This document shows, piece after piece, positions 27,210-36,042 of a DNA stretch of 40,454 nt. The stretch's first letter is position 1. Each line of letters opens with the position of its first letter. Below the pieces are notes generated by a model. That model made no database searches. It was not told the origin of the DNA and saw nothing but the letters and a program-made list of their open reading frames with translations. Position numbers and translations under genes: made by a program. Source of the DNA: Candidatus Micrarchaeota archaeon (GTDB lineage: Archaea; Micrarchaeota; Micrarchaeia; Anstonellales; Bilamarchaeaceae); contig JBFMCO010000053.1 of assembly GCA_040754495.1 (NCBI GenBank), forward strand, positions 1 through 40,454, written 5' to 3'.

Positions 27210-28513
27210 TCAGTTTCGCCTCGCCCCAGAGCAAGATATCTGAGCCCTGCCTTTTTAGCCTCTTCCGCAGGAAGCATGCGCCTGGCGTCTATGAGCAATC
27301 CGTCACCGAGCGCCCTCTTGTACTCGGCCGGGCTCCTCCTGAACTCGGGCCATGCCGTGAGGATGATGGCCGCATCGCACCCTGCGAGGCACTCTGCCCA
27401 GCCTTCGCAATAATGCGCCTGAGGGAACGCCTCCCGCATCCTTTCCATCGCCTTGGGGTCGTAAGCGCGCACACGGCATCCGGCATCCAGCAGCCTTTTC
27501 ATGACGATTAGCGCCGGGCTCTCCCTCACATCGTCCGTCCCTGCCTTGAAAGCGAGGCCGAGCACCGCCACCGTCCTTCCTTTGAGCTCCATCCTCTCCG
27601 CGAGCATCCGGAAGGGCCTCTCCTGGGCCTCTGCATTCGATGCCAGCACGGCATCGAGCGCCTGCGGCCTCATCCCGGCCTCCTTCGCCTTGGCGACAAT
27701 GGCCCGGACGTCCTTCGGGAAGCACGAGCCGCCGAACCCGGGCCCGGCCGCGAGGAAATGCGGCCCTATCCTCTTGTCAAGGCCAACGCCCTTCATGACA
27801 TCGTCCACGTCCACGCCGCTTTTTTCGCACAATTCCGCGAACTCGTTCACGAGCGAAAGGCGCGCCGCGAGGAAGGAGTTGGACGCGTATTTTATCATCT
27901 CGGCGGTTTTTATGGAGGTGAATTGCTTCGGGCATGAAAACGGCTCATAAAGCTTCTCTATCTTGCTCCTCGTCCTCTCGTCCAGGCATCCGACGACTAT
28001 GCGGTCCGGCGAATCGAAATCCTCCAGCGCGCTCCCTTCCCTGAGGAATTCCGGCACCATTGCGAGGCCGATGTTCGCCCCCAGCGTCTTCCCGCTCGCG
28101 GAAAGCGCAGCCCCCACGACCTCCTCGCTAGTGCCGGGCACGACGGTGGAGCGGACCGCCACCACCACGAAGCGCTTGGCGCCCGCAAGCTCCCCGGCAA
28201 GGCTGTCCGCGCACGCGCGGATATAAGAAACGTCTATGGAGCCGTCTGGTTTCGACGGCGTGCCTACGCAGATGAAGACCACGTCGGCACCAGCCACAGG
28301 GGCGAAATTCGTGCCGGCTTTCAGCCTGCCCGAATCGAGCGCCTCCCGGAGCCTCTGCCCGAGCCCCTTCTCGAATATCGGGGCGATGCCCCTCGAGATG
28401 TTGGCGGCTTTCGCCTTGTCTATCTCTATGCATGAAACGTCATGCCCCAGGCCGGCCCAGCCGACGGCAGAGATGAGGCCCACGTATCCGGCACCCACTA
28501 CGGCGATTTTCAT
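27206..28513 (-). CDS. ugd: UDP-glucose 6-dehydrogenase
   Basis: VGAGYVG, ICVGTP, PEFLREG, AEMIKYASN, GFGGSCFPKD, GLAFKAGTDDVRESP. Confidence 0.93.
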   Translation of the reverse strand: MKIAVVGAGYVGLISAVGWAGLGHDVSCIEIDKAKAANISRGIAPIFEKGLGQRLREALDSGRLKAGTNFAPVAGADVVFICVGTPSKPDGSIDVSYIRACADSLAGELAGAKRFVVVAVRSTVVPGTSEEVVGAALSASGKTLGANIGLAMVPEFLREGSALEDFDSPDRIVVGCLDERTRSKIEKLYEPFSCPKQFTSIKTAEMIKYASNSFLAARLSLVNEFAELCEKSGVDVDDVMKGVGLDKRIGPHFLAAGPGFGGSCFPKDVRAIVAKAKEAGMRPQALDAVLASNAEAQERPFRMLAERMELKGRTVAVLGLAFKAGTDDVRESPALIVMKRLLDAGCRVRAYDPKAMERMREAFPQAHYCEGWAECLAGCDAAIILTAWPEFRRSPAEYKRALGDGLLIDARRMLPAEEAKKAGLRYLALGRGETE

Positions 28514-28552
28514 CAAAACCGGTTCTCCGATACAAGTTATAGCCGAGCCGAT

Positions 28553-29335
28553 TTAAATGCGGCCTATGCGGCGCGCATATATCATGGGATGGCTCTTCCC
28601 CATCTCCACGCGGTATCCCTTGCCCTCAAGGAACCGCTTCATGTGCCCTGCCGTATGGTTTTCGTCGATGTTATGGTATTCCATGCTTATCTTCTCTATC
28701 TTCCCGAGCGTGCTATCATCAGAGCCCATGAGTATGTCGTACTCGGCGCCCTCGCAGTCGATTTTGAGCAGGTCTACCTTCCCGATGCCGTTCTTCTCGA
28801 ATATCTGGGCGAGCGTCATGCTTTCCACCGCGACCGACTTCTCGCCCTGCCTGTCGAAGCGGTAGAGCGAATGGCAGACGTTCTCGTCCGAAAGGAAGAG
28901 CCTCTTCTTTCCGCCGCTCCCCGCGACCGCCGCATTGAAAGGGACGACGTTGCCGGCGGAGTTCAGGCCTATGTTCTCCAGGACCATCGCGTAATTGCCC
29001 GGGAACGGCTCGAATGCGAAGACCTTCCCCTTCCGCGCCTTGCTTGCGGCATATATCGTGAAGACGCCTATGTGGGCCCCTATATCCATCACGGTGTCCG
29101 TCTCTCTTATCTCAAAACCCGGCGGGGCGTAGGTATTCCTTATCCAGATGTCGTTCAGGACGCCTTTGTCAGAGCTGCCGCCCCGCGTCGCGTACCTGAT
29201 GCCGTTCCTGAGCGAATAGACTCGTTTCCCGCCTTTCCGTAAGCCCAGGTACTCGGCCAGGTAATACGGCCATTCATTCACGAGCGAGATTATGCCCGCC
29301 ACCACCCTCGCCTTTCCAAAGATGCCTTCGGCCAT
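28553..29335 (-). CDS. FkbM-family SAM methyltransferase
   Basis: DIGAHIG, FEP, LLKIDCEGAEY. Start uncertain (ATG 29335 versus TTG 29353). Confidence 0.88.
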   Translation of the reverse strand: MAEGIFGKARVVAGIISLVNEWPYYLAEYLGLRKGGKRVYSLRNGIRYATRGGSSDKGVLNDIWIRNTYAPPGFEIRETDTVMDIGAHIGVFTIYAASKARKGKVFAFEPFPGNYAMVLENIGLNSAGNVVPFNAAVAGSGGKKRLFLSDENVCHSLYRFDRQGEKSVAVESMTLAQIFEKNGIGKVDLLKIDCEGAEYDILMGSDDSTLGKIEKISMEYHNIDENHTAGHMKRFLEGKGYRVEMGKSHPMIYARRIGRI

Positions 29336-29394
29336 CGCAATCAGTCCAATCAATCGTCCCCAATCATCTTAAACCTTCAACCGCAAAACCGCTT

Positions 29395-30546
29395 ATGCGG
29401 CTTGTCGTTGCCACCCCGTTTCTGGAGACGCGCGGGGGCATGGAGCGCGTCGTCCTCAAGATTGCGCAGCATTTCAAGGCGAAGATACACTGCGTGTATT
29501 ACGAGCGGGAGGGCACGTTCCAGGATTTCCAGAAGCTGGATATAGAGGTGGCCAAGCCCGGCCTGCTCGGGAAGCTCCCCATAGGCCGCCGCGTCGCGAG
29601 CGCGATGGACGTCGGCTATCACTTCTACAACACCAAGCTGGAAGACTGCGACCTCATAAACGCGCACCAGACGCCGTCCGAATGGGTAAGGAACAGGAAC
29701 AGGCCCGTGGTGTGGTACTGCCATACGCCGAACCGCGAAGCCTTCGACCTCTACGAGTGGCGCATGAAGAAACGGAACCCGATTTCGAAAGCGCTCTTCT
29801 GGTCGTCAATACAGGCCTTCAGGTTCTTCGAGTTCAGGACCGTGCCTGACATAGAATACGTATTCACGAACAGCAAAAACAGCCAGGCCCGAATCGAGAA
29901 ATACCTGCGCCGCAGCGCGGAAGTCCTCTATCCCGGCGTGGAGGCGGAAAAATTCTCGTGCAAGGGATACGGGAATTTCTTCTTCTACCCCTCGCGCATC
30001 GCGCCGGAAAAGGAGCTGGAATACGCAATCGAGGCGTTCAAGATATTCGCCAAGAGGGCCAACGCCTCGAAACCGGGTGCCGGAAACTGGAAACTCGTGA
30101 TAGCCGGCGCCCTGTCGAAAAGGCCCGAGCACGTTCAGTACCTGAAGCGCCTGAAGGCGCTCTGCACGCCGGACATCACCATAACGACCAACGTGGGGGA
30201 CTGGGAGCTGCGCGACCTCTACGCCCGCTGCTATGCGGTCCTCTACACGCCGGTGAACGAGGACTACGGCTTAGTCCCACTCGAAGCCATGGCCTCCTCG
30301 AAGCCCTGCATAGCAAGGAACGAGGGCGGCCCGCGCGAGACCGTGATTGACGGGAAGGACGGCTTCCTCGTGAACAGCATCTGGGAGATGGCCGGCCGGA
30401 TGGAGGCGCTTTCAAAGAGCCCGGAGCGCTGCGCCGAAATGGGGAAATCCGGAAGGGCGAAGGTGGAGAAGGATTTCACCTGGGAGCGCTTCCTGAAGCG
30501 CTTCGGGGAGAAGGCCGAAGAGCTCGTTTCTCAGAGCGCGCGCTGA
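29395..30546 (+). CDS. Glycosyltransferase family 4 (ALG2-like)
   Basis: GGMERVV, WYCHTP, SRIAPEK, EDYGLVPLEAMASSKP, GGPRETV. Confidence 0.9.
   Translation: MRLVVATPFLETRGGMERVVLKIAQHFKAKIHCVYYEREGTFQDFQKLDIEVAKPGLLGKLPIGRRVASAMDVGYHFYNTKLEDCDLINAHQTPSEWVRNRNRPVVWYCHTPNREAFDLYEWRMKKRNPISKALFWSSIQAFRFFEFRTVPDIEYVFTNSKNSQARIEKYLRRSAEVLYPGVEAEKFSCKGYGNFFFYPSRIAPEKELEYAIEAFKIFAKRANASKPGAGNWKLVIAGALSKRPEHVQYLKRLKALCTPDITITTNVGDWELRDLYARCYAVLYTPVNEDYGLVPLEAMASSKPCIARNEGGPRETVIDGKDGFLVNSIWEMAGRMEALSKSPERCAEMGKSGRAKVEKDFTWERFLKRFGEKAEELVSQSAR
30066..30093 (-). repeat. Heptamer array inside a GT4 coding sequence
   Basis: Minus strand TTTCCAG TTTCCGG CACCCGG TTTCGAG; 16 nt GTTTCCGGCACCCGGT is identical to 13873-13888. 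Confidence 0.65.
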
Positions 30547-31676
30547 GCCTGCAGAATCCTGGCTATGAGCTCTTTGTGGGCGGCCACCGCGCGCTCATGC
30601 CGGATTTCCATGAATCTGCGCCCGCCGGCCCCCAGGCTCTCCGCCAGCCTTTTGTCAGCAAGGAGCGATTCGACTGCATCCGCCATTTCCCTGGCATTAT
30701 TGCAGGCGATTATGGCAGGGCAGCGGCCATCCGGGTCCACGCCCTCCTTCACGAAAGCCGTGGTCACGACCGGTATCACGGACATGAGCGAATCAAGGAC
30801 CTTGGTCGGGACTCCGCCCCCGAATTCCAGCGGGGCCAGCATGAGCCGCGAGCGCCGGAGGGCTGCAGGCAGGTCATCGACCCAGCCGGAAACTATGGCC
30901 TCGTGCCCGGCTTTCCCTGCCCTTGAAGCGGCGTCTTTGGTCGCGTTACCGGCCTTCCTGCCCACGATTGCGAGCGAAATCTTCCTTCTCAGGAGCGGAA
31001 GCACCTTATCGACGGCATAGTCCAGGGCGGAAATGTTCGCCCAGTAGGACCAGTCGCCAAGCATCACGGCATCGCTTTCCTTCCTGCTTTTTTTCAGGCG
31101 CGCAGGCTCCACGAGGGTGGGCAGGATGACAAACCCGTCCTCCCGGAATCCGGATGCCAGCCCGTCGCGCCTGCAGCAATAAGCTACTGCGTTAAAGCGC
31201 CCGGCAAGGTTCTTGTGCGCGTTGTGCAGGGCGGCGCACCTCGCCAGCCCGAGCAGGGCCCCGGCCGCATCCATCCTTGCGAGCGCCGCGAGCGCGCTGC
31301 TCCGCAGATGCAGCCTGTTGGAATCTATGAAGTCCAGGACCTTGAATCCGGCCCTGACATCCCTGCACGCCCGGCCCGCATAATACCCTGCGGCCCATAC
31401 GCTGCCTATGCCCTCCTGCTCCATAAGCTGCCCAAGCATGCTGCCCGCCTCCCCGGGCACCCCGCGCCTGCCGGGAAACCAGCTGGATGCGGGATGCGCG
31501 ATGGCACCGCGAACGCCCGCGACAAGCGGCCCGGCGTTCCAGTCAGAAAGGCAGACGACATGGACTTCGAAATACGAGGAAAGCAGGAGTATCTGCGGCC
31601 TGAACCTGCCATACAGCCCTCCGCCGGATGTTGCCCTCCCGACTACGAAAGCGATTTTCGGTTTTTCCCCCATCAT
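30531..31676 (-). CDS. Glycosyltransferase family 4-like (GT-B)
   Basis: MLGDWSYWANISA, GWVDDL, APLEFGGGVPTKVLDSL, PVVTT. Confidence 0.8.
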   Translation of the reverse strand: MMGEKPKIAFVVGRATSGGGLYGRFRPQILLLSSYFEVHVVCLSDWNAGPLVAGVRGAIAHPASSWFPGRRGVPGEAGSMLGQLMEQEGIGSVWAAGYYAGRACRDVRAGFKVLDFIDSNRLHLRSSALAALARMDAAGALLGLARCAALHNAHKNLAGRFNAVAYCCRRDGLASGFREDGFVILPTLVEPARLKKSRKESDAVMLGDWSYWANISALDYAVDKVLPLLRRKISLAIVGRKAGNATKDAASRAGKAGHEAIVSGWVDDLPAALRRSRLMLAPLEFGGGVPTKVLDSLMSVIPVVTTAFVKEGVDPDGRCPAIIACNNAREMADAVESLLADKRLAESLGAGGRRFMEIRHERAVAAHKELIARILQAQRAL

Positions 31677-32356
31677 GACCACGGGCCGCCCTTCCCGGGC
31701 GCGTTAACACTGTCCTTCGCAGGCCTCTTCTTCCTGGGCAGGGCCAGCTCCTCCTCGACTTTTTCGTCGAGCGTGCTGACCGCCGGTTCATTGCCCTCCC
31801 CCGCGCCGTCCACGAAGCCAAAGACGCGCACCAGGAGCTGGAGAAGCTTCGTCGCGGCGAGAATCAGCAGCAGGAAAACGATGCCCGCCGCAACCGTGAA
31901 AAGGTCCGGCGGGACGCCGGCATAGACAATTGCCATCACCACATAGACCGTGACGTTGATTGGCGGTGCGGAGAATAGGAAGAAGGCGACCTTTTTCGGG
32001 AGAAGGTGAAAGTAAGTGATTAGCATCAGCAGAAGGCTCGTGACGGCCAGCGCAACCGCTATCGCGAGATAAAACGGGCTCGATAGCACGTTCTCCCACG
32101 ACCCGCTGCTGAAATAAATCTCCCTTACCAGGTTCATTCCGACGAACAGGAAGACCATGGTGTTCCCGAAGGCCGTGTTCCAGCCGAGCTCTTCCTTCCG
32201 GTGGCGCCCGAAATAAAGGGCGATGAACACCGTCGCGACAAGGAGCGGGACTGCGGCCCAGAGCATACCTTCGTTGCTGAGCGGGGCGAGAATGATGCCC
32301 GTTAGCCTTCCATGCACGGCAGCAACGGCGGCGGCCGCCTCGTCATAAAGCGCCAT
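31673..32356 (-). CDS. Hypothetical multi-pass membrane protein
   Basis: About six hydrophobic segments, a motif-like EELGWNTAFGN stretch and a charged C-terminal tail. Confidence 0.75.
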   Translation of the reverse strand: MALYDEAAAAVAAVHGRLTGIILAPLSNEGMLWAAVPLLVATVFIALYFGRHRKEELGWNTAFGNTMVFLFVGMNLVREIYFSSGSWENVLSSPFYLAIAVALAVTSLLLMLITYFHLLPKKVAFFLFSAPPINVTVYVVMAIVYAGVPPDLFTVAAGIVFLLLILAATKLLQLLVRVFGFVDGAGEGNEPAVSTLDEKVEEELALPRKKRPAKDSVNAPGKGGPWS

Positions 32357-32380
32357 ATAATGGAAAAAATACTGCCATGG

Positions 32381-32387
32381 TTTAAAA
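32381..32387. promoter_or_regulatory. TATA box between divergent genes
   Basis: TTTAAAA about 25 nt from both ATG 32356 (-) and ATG 32413 (+). Confidence 0.55.
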
Positions 32388-32412
32388 CATCTCCTGAGCA
32401 ATCGACATTCGG

Positions 32413-33312
32413 ATGAAAATCCTGGTCACAGGAGCATTAGGCTTCATAGGCTCTAATATCACCGGACGCCTGGTCGCGGACGGCCACGAAGTTACGGCCC
32501 TTGACAACATGCACACCGGCAGCGAAAGCAACATAGAAGCCGTGAAAGGGAGGGTGAAGCTAGTCCGGAAAAGCTCCGGCGCGGTGTCCTCCCTAGGGGA
32601 GCGGTTCGACGCAATCATCCACCAGGGCATCTACTCGTCCTCGCCCATGTACAAGGAGAACCCGCATCTTGCGGCGACCGTGCTGGACGAGTGGCTCTCC
32701 ATCCTGGAATACGCGAGGAAGAGCGAGTGCAGGCTCGTCTATGCGTCATCGAGCTCCATCTACAACGGCAACGCGCCGCCCCACCGGGAGGACATGCACA
32801 TATTCCCGACGGATTTCTACACCGAGGCCCGCTTCTCCATGGAGCGCCTCGCGAAACTGTATTCGGACTTCTACGGGGTCCAGAGCGCCGGGCTTCGCTA
32901 TTTCAGCGTGTATGGCCAAAACGAGTCGGCCAAGGGGAAGTACGCCAACCTGGTGACCCAGTTCCTCTGGGGGATGAAGGCCGGGCAGAGGCCGGTCATC
33001 CTCGGAGACGGGAGCCAGACGCGGGATTTCGTATATGTCGGCGATGTCGTGGAGGCGAACCTGCTCGCGCTGACATACGAGGGCACGGACGTATTCAACG
33101 TGGGCACCGGACGGAGCGCCAGCCTGAACGAGGTCGTGGAGATGCTCAATTCGGCCCTCGGGAAATCCATCGAGCCCGAGTACCGCCCGAACACGATAAA
33201 GAACTACGTCTTCCACACCCGGGCCGATACCCGCAAGGCCAAATCCTCGCTGGGCTTTTCAGCCCGGGTAGGCCTTGAAGAGGGCGTCCGGAAGCTGCTC
33301 GATTATTATTAG
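32413..33312 (+). CDS. NAD-dependent epimerase/dehydratase (extended SDR, YxxxR variant)
   Basis: TGALGFIGS, ASSSSIY, FYTEAR, LRYFSVYG, QTRDFVYV. Confidence 0.88.
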   Translation: MKILVTGALGFIGSNITGRLVADGHEVTALDNMHTGSESNIEAVKGRVKLVRKSSGAVSSLGERFDAIIHQGIYSSSPMYKENPHLAATVLDEWLSILEYARKSECRLVYASSSSIYNGNAPPHREDMHIFPTDFYTEARFSMERLAKLYSDFYGVQSAGLRYFSVYGQNESAKGKYANLVTQFLWGMKAGQRPVILGDGSQTRDFVYVGDVVEANLLALTYEGTDVFNVGTGRSASLNEVVEMLNSALGKSIEPEYRPNTIKNYVFHTRADTRKAKSSLGFSARVGLEEGVRKLLDYY

Positions 33313-33320
33313 GTTGGACC

Positions 33321-34955
33321 ATGGACGGGGACGTCTCGAGTTACTCCAAGGAGGTCGCGAAAGGCAGCCTCTGGAGCCTTGCCGGGAACGCGTTCTTCAA
33401 GCTCGTTTCCTTCTTCTACGTAGTCCTAATCGCGCGGGCGGCGTCGCCGGACGATGTGGGCCTCTTCTACCTCTCCCTCAGCATCGTGAGCCTGGTGACC
33501 GTCTTCAGCGACATCGGCCTCCCGGCCTCGTTCCAGCGGTACGTCCCGTATTTCGAAGGCAGGGGCGAAAGGGGCCGGGTGTCGTCCCTCCTCCGCTCGG
33601 GCAACCTCATCGTCGCGGGAGCCGGCCTGGTTTTCTCGGCATTCACGTTCTACCATGCGGACGGCGCGGGCGGATTCTACCAGAACGCGAAACTGCCGGA
33701 GGCCATCCGCCTGCTCTCGGCGTACGTCTTCTTCGGCAACCTCTTCAGGCTGAACACCTCGTTCCTCCAGGGCCGCAGCGACATTAAATCCATGCAGTTC
33801 GTGTCCAACATCCAGAACCTGCTCAAGCTCGCCATATCGCTCCCGCTCTTCCATCTCTTCGGGGCGGGCGTCGCGACGATTACCGCGGGCTTCGTCCTGT
33901 CCTTCGCCCTCGCCTATCTCGTCTCGTTCCCGGCCATGCGGAGGAACGCGGCCGGCCTCCCGCCCGCAGGCTGGATGCCCGAGCCGGCCCTGCTCCGGGA
34001 GGTTGTCCCGTTCGGGCTCATGATGACCGTGCTCGGCTCCTTCTGGGTGATAATCGCATCCACGGACAAGGTGCTCCTCGGCTATCTGATGCCGCCCCAG
34101 AGCGCCACGGAAACCGTGGCGGCATATTCGCTCGCCACCACCCTCGCCTACGTCCTGATGACGTTCCCCATCTCCATAGAGGCCATCTTCCTGCCCATCA
34201 TATCGCGCCTCTTCGGGAAGGGCGAGCTGGGGGAGGTCCGCCAGGTCACCCAGACCGCCCAGCGCTGGACGCTCCTCATAACAATCCCGGTCTCCATCGT
34301 CATGATGCTCTTTGCCGCGGACATGCTCGCGATATTCTACGGGGAGCAGTACCGGGCCGCAGCCGCCGCGATGGCCATAACCACCCTCGGCCTGCTCATC
34401 CGGGCCTGCTCGTGGATGCTCTCGCTCGCCCTCGCGGCCATGAGGAAGGTTGGGCTGGAGCTTGGAATCACCCTGGCGGTCGCGGTGGTGAACGTGCTCC
34501 TGAATGCCCTCCTGATACCCCTCTACGGCATGGAAGGCTCGGCCGCGGCGACCCTGGCCGGATTCGCCCTCATGCTCGCCCTCCTCGCGTATTATTCGCG
34601 GAAGCTTTTCGGCTTCACGTTCCCGCCCGAAACGTACAAGCTCGCCCTCGCGGGCGCGGCCGCGTTCCTCATAGTCTTCGCCCTCAGGCAGCCGCTTTCG
34701 GCCCTGCAGGGCTCGCTGCCTGATTTCGGGGCAGGGGAAGCGGAGGCATACTCGTCCAAGGTGCTCTACCTTGCATATCTCGGCTTCCTCATCGCGCTTT
34801 CCGTGGCGCTCTTCGCCCTCGCGTCACTCCTCCTGAAATGCCTCCACCAGGAGGACGTCTCCCTGATGCGGAAGGCGATGGCGCGGGCCGGCGTCCCGGA
34901 GCGGGCGATAGCGCTGGCCGGGAAAATCGCGGACTACGGCGTCCGGAAGCAGTGA
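33321..34955 (+). CDS. Oligosaccharide flippase (Wzx/AglR-like, polysaccharide biosynthesis family)
   Basis: About 14 TM segments; AKGSLW, VGLFYL, DIGL, TDKVLLG, AYSLA. Confidence 0.88.
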   Translation: MDGDVSSYSKEVAKGSLWSLAGNAFFKLVSFFYVVLIARAASPDDVGLFYLSLSIVSLVTVFSDIGLPASFQRYVPYFEGRGERGRVSSLLRSGNLIVAGAGLVFSAFTFYHADGAGGFYQNAKLPEAIRLLSAYVFFGNLFRLNTSFLQGRSDIKSMQFVSNIQNLLKLAISLPLFHLFGAGVATITAGFVLSFALAYLVSFPAMRRNAAGLPPAGWMPEPALLREVVPFGLMMTVLGSFWVIIASTDKVLLGYLMPPQSATETVAAYSLATTLAYVLMTFPISIEAIFLPIISRLFGKGELGEVRQVTQTAQRWTLLITIPVSIVMMLFAADMLAIFYGEQYRAAAAAMAITTLGLLIRACSWMLSLALAAMRKVGLELGITLAVAVVNVLLNALLIPLYGMEGSAAATLAGFALMLALLAYYSRKLFGFTFPPETYKLALAGAAAFLIVFALRQPLSALQGSLPDFGAGEAEAYSSKVLYLAYLGFLIALSVALFALASLLLKCLHQEDVSLMRKAMARAGVPERAIALAGKIADYGVRKQ

Positions 34956-34974
34956 CGGGGCGGCAGCCGGGCGG

Positions 34975-35037
34975 TTTCCGGCCCCCGGCATCCGGGCCCG
35001 GGTCTCCGGTTCCAGGTTCTGCGTTTTGGGTTTCCTG
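34975..35037 (+). repeat. Degenerate heptamer tandem array (nine units, intergenic)
   Basis: TTTCCGG CCCCCGG CATCCGG GCCCGGG TCTCCGG TTCCAGG TTCTGCG TTTTGGG TTTCCTG. Confidence 0.75.
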
Positions 35038-35073
35038 CTCGGATTCCGGGGCTTCCCCCCGCCGTAGCGCGAC

Positions 35074-35096
35074 GTTTGCGGCCGGAGGCCGCAAAC
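35074..35096. other. Perfect 10-bp hairpin
   Basis: GTTTGCGGCC-GGA-GGCCGCAAAC. Confidence 0.7.
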
Positions 35097-35150
35097 CATC
35101 GAGATTTAAAAGGCTTCCAGACATTATTGTGTTTCATTTGGGGTATTGAT

Positions 35151-35999
35151 ATGTTAGAAGAAATCATCTTCAGCCAGGTCACAATGCCCGGCGAGCTCAT
35201 CCGGCTGGGTCTGGCGTTCCTCGGGACCGGCGCCGCAGCCTATTACGACGTTTTCAACAAGAAGAACATCCCGGACCAGCTCCTTTACGCCTTCCTCGGG
35301 CTCTCGTTCCTGCTGAACATCGCCCTTTTCGAGGAGAGGCTGTTCTGGTTCTCGATGGCGGTCGCCCTGTTCCTCTCGGCCATAGGCTACCTCTTCTACA
35401 GGGTGGGCCAGCTCGGCGGCGCGGACCTGTTCGTGCTCTCGTCCATCATGCTCCTGCTGCCCCTGCACCCGTCGTTCGTGGGGCTTCCGTTCAACCTGCC
35501 GTTCATCTTCTCGGTGTTCATATTCTCCGGGATACTGTTCGCGCTTTATGTGGTGTTCTATTTCGGCTGGAAGCTCACCCAGGTCGAGGCGAAGCCGAAC
35601 CTCCTCTACGCCCTCATACTCGTGCCGTACGGGGCGTTCGCGTGGTTCTTCATAAACTCGTTCCTCTTCTCCCCGGTCTTCTTCGCGTTCGTCACGATAT
35701 CGATATTCGCGTCGGTCTTCTTCCTGATGTTCCGGGACTCGCTCAACCGCCTCCTCTCGGAGGAGCTGCCGGTGTCGCAACTCGAGCCCGAGGACGTCCT
35801 CGCGCTCGAAATCATGAACAAGGACATGATAGAGCGCTACAAGATACCGAGGCTCGTGACGAAGGACGAGATAGACAGGCTGAAGAAGACCAAGGTGGGC
35901 GAGGTCATGGTATACACGAAGCTGCCGCCGTTCATCCCGTTCATCCTTGCGGGCATGGTGCTCTCGCTCCTCTTCGCCCAGAGCCTGCTGCTCATCTGA
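35151..35999 (+). CDS. A24-family prepilin/prearchaellin peptidase (PibD/FlaK-like)
   Basis: AYYDVFNKKNIPD (first Asp), GQLGGADLF (GxGD-type second Asp), C-terminal PFIPFILAG; multiple TMs. Confidence 0.85.
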   Translation: MLEEIIFSQVTMPGELIRLGLAFLGTGAAAYYDVFNKKNIPDQLLYAFLGLSFLLNIALFEERLFWFSMAVALFLSAIGYLFYRVGQLGGADLFVLSSIMLLLPLHPSFVGLPFNLPFIFSVFIFSGILFALYVVFYFGWKLTQVEAKPNLLYALILVPYGAFAWFFINSFLFSPVFFAFVTISIFASVFFLMFRDSLNRLLSEELPVSQLEPEDVLALEIMNKDMIERYKIPRLVTKDEIDRLKKTKVGEVMVYTKLPPFIPFILAGMVLSLLFAQSLLLI

Positions 36000-36042
36000 G
36001 CATCTTTTTAATGATGAGCCGGCATCAATCTGGTGCATAGAT

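Noticed and set aside
31445-31480. TTTCCCGG-like motif on the minus strand inside the GT4-like gene
   Set aside because: No sustained 7-nt periodicity, so it is not counted in the heptamer family.
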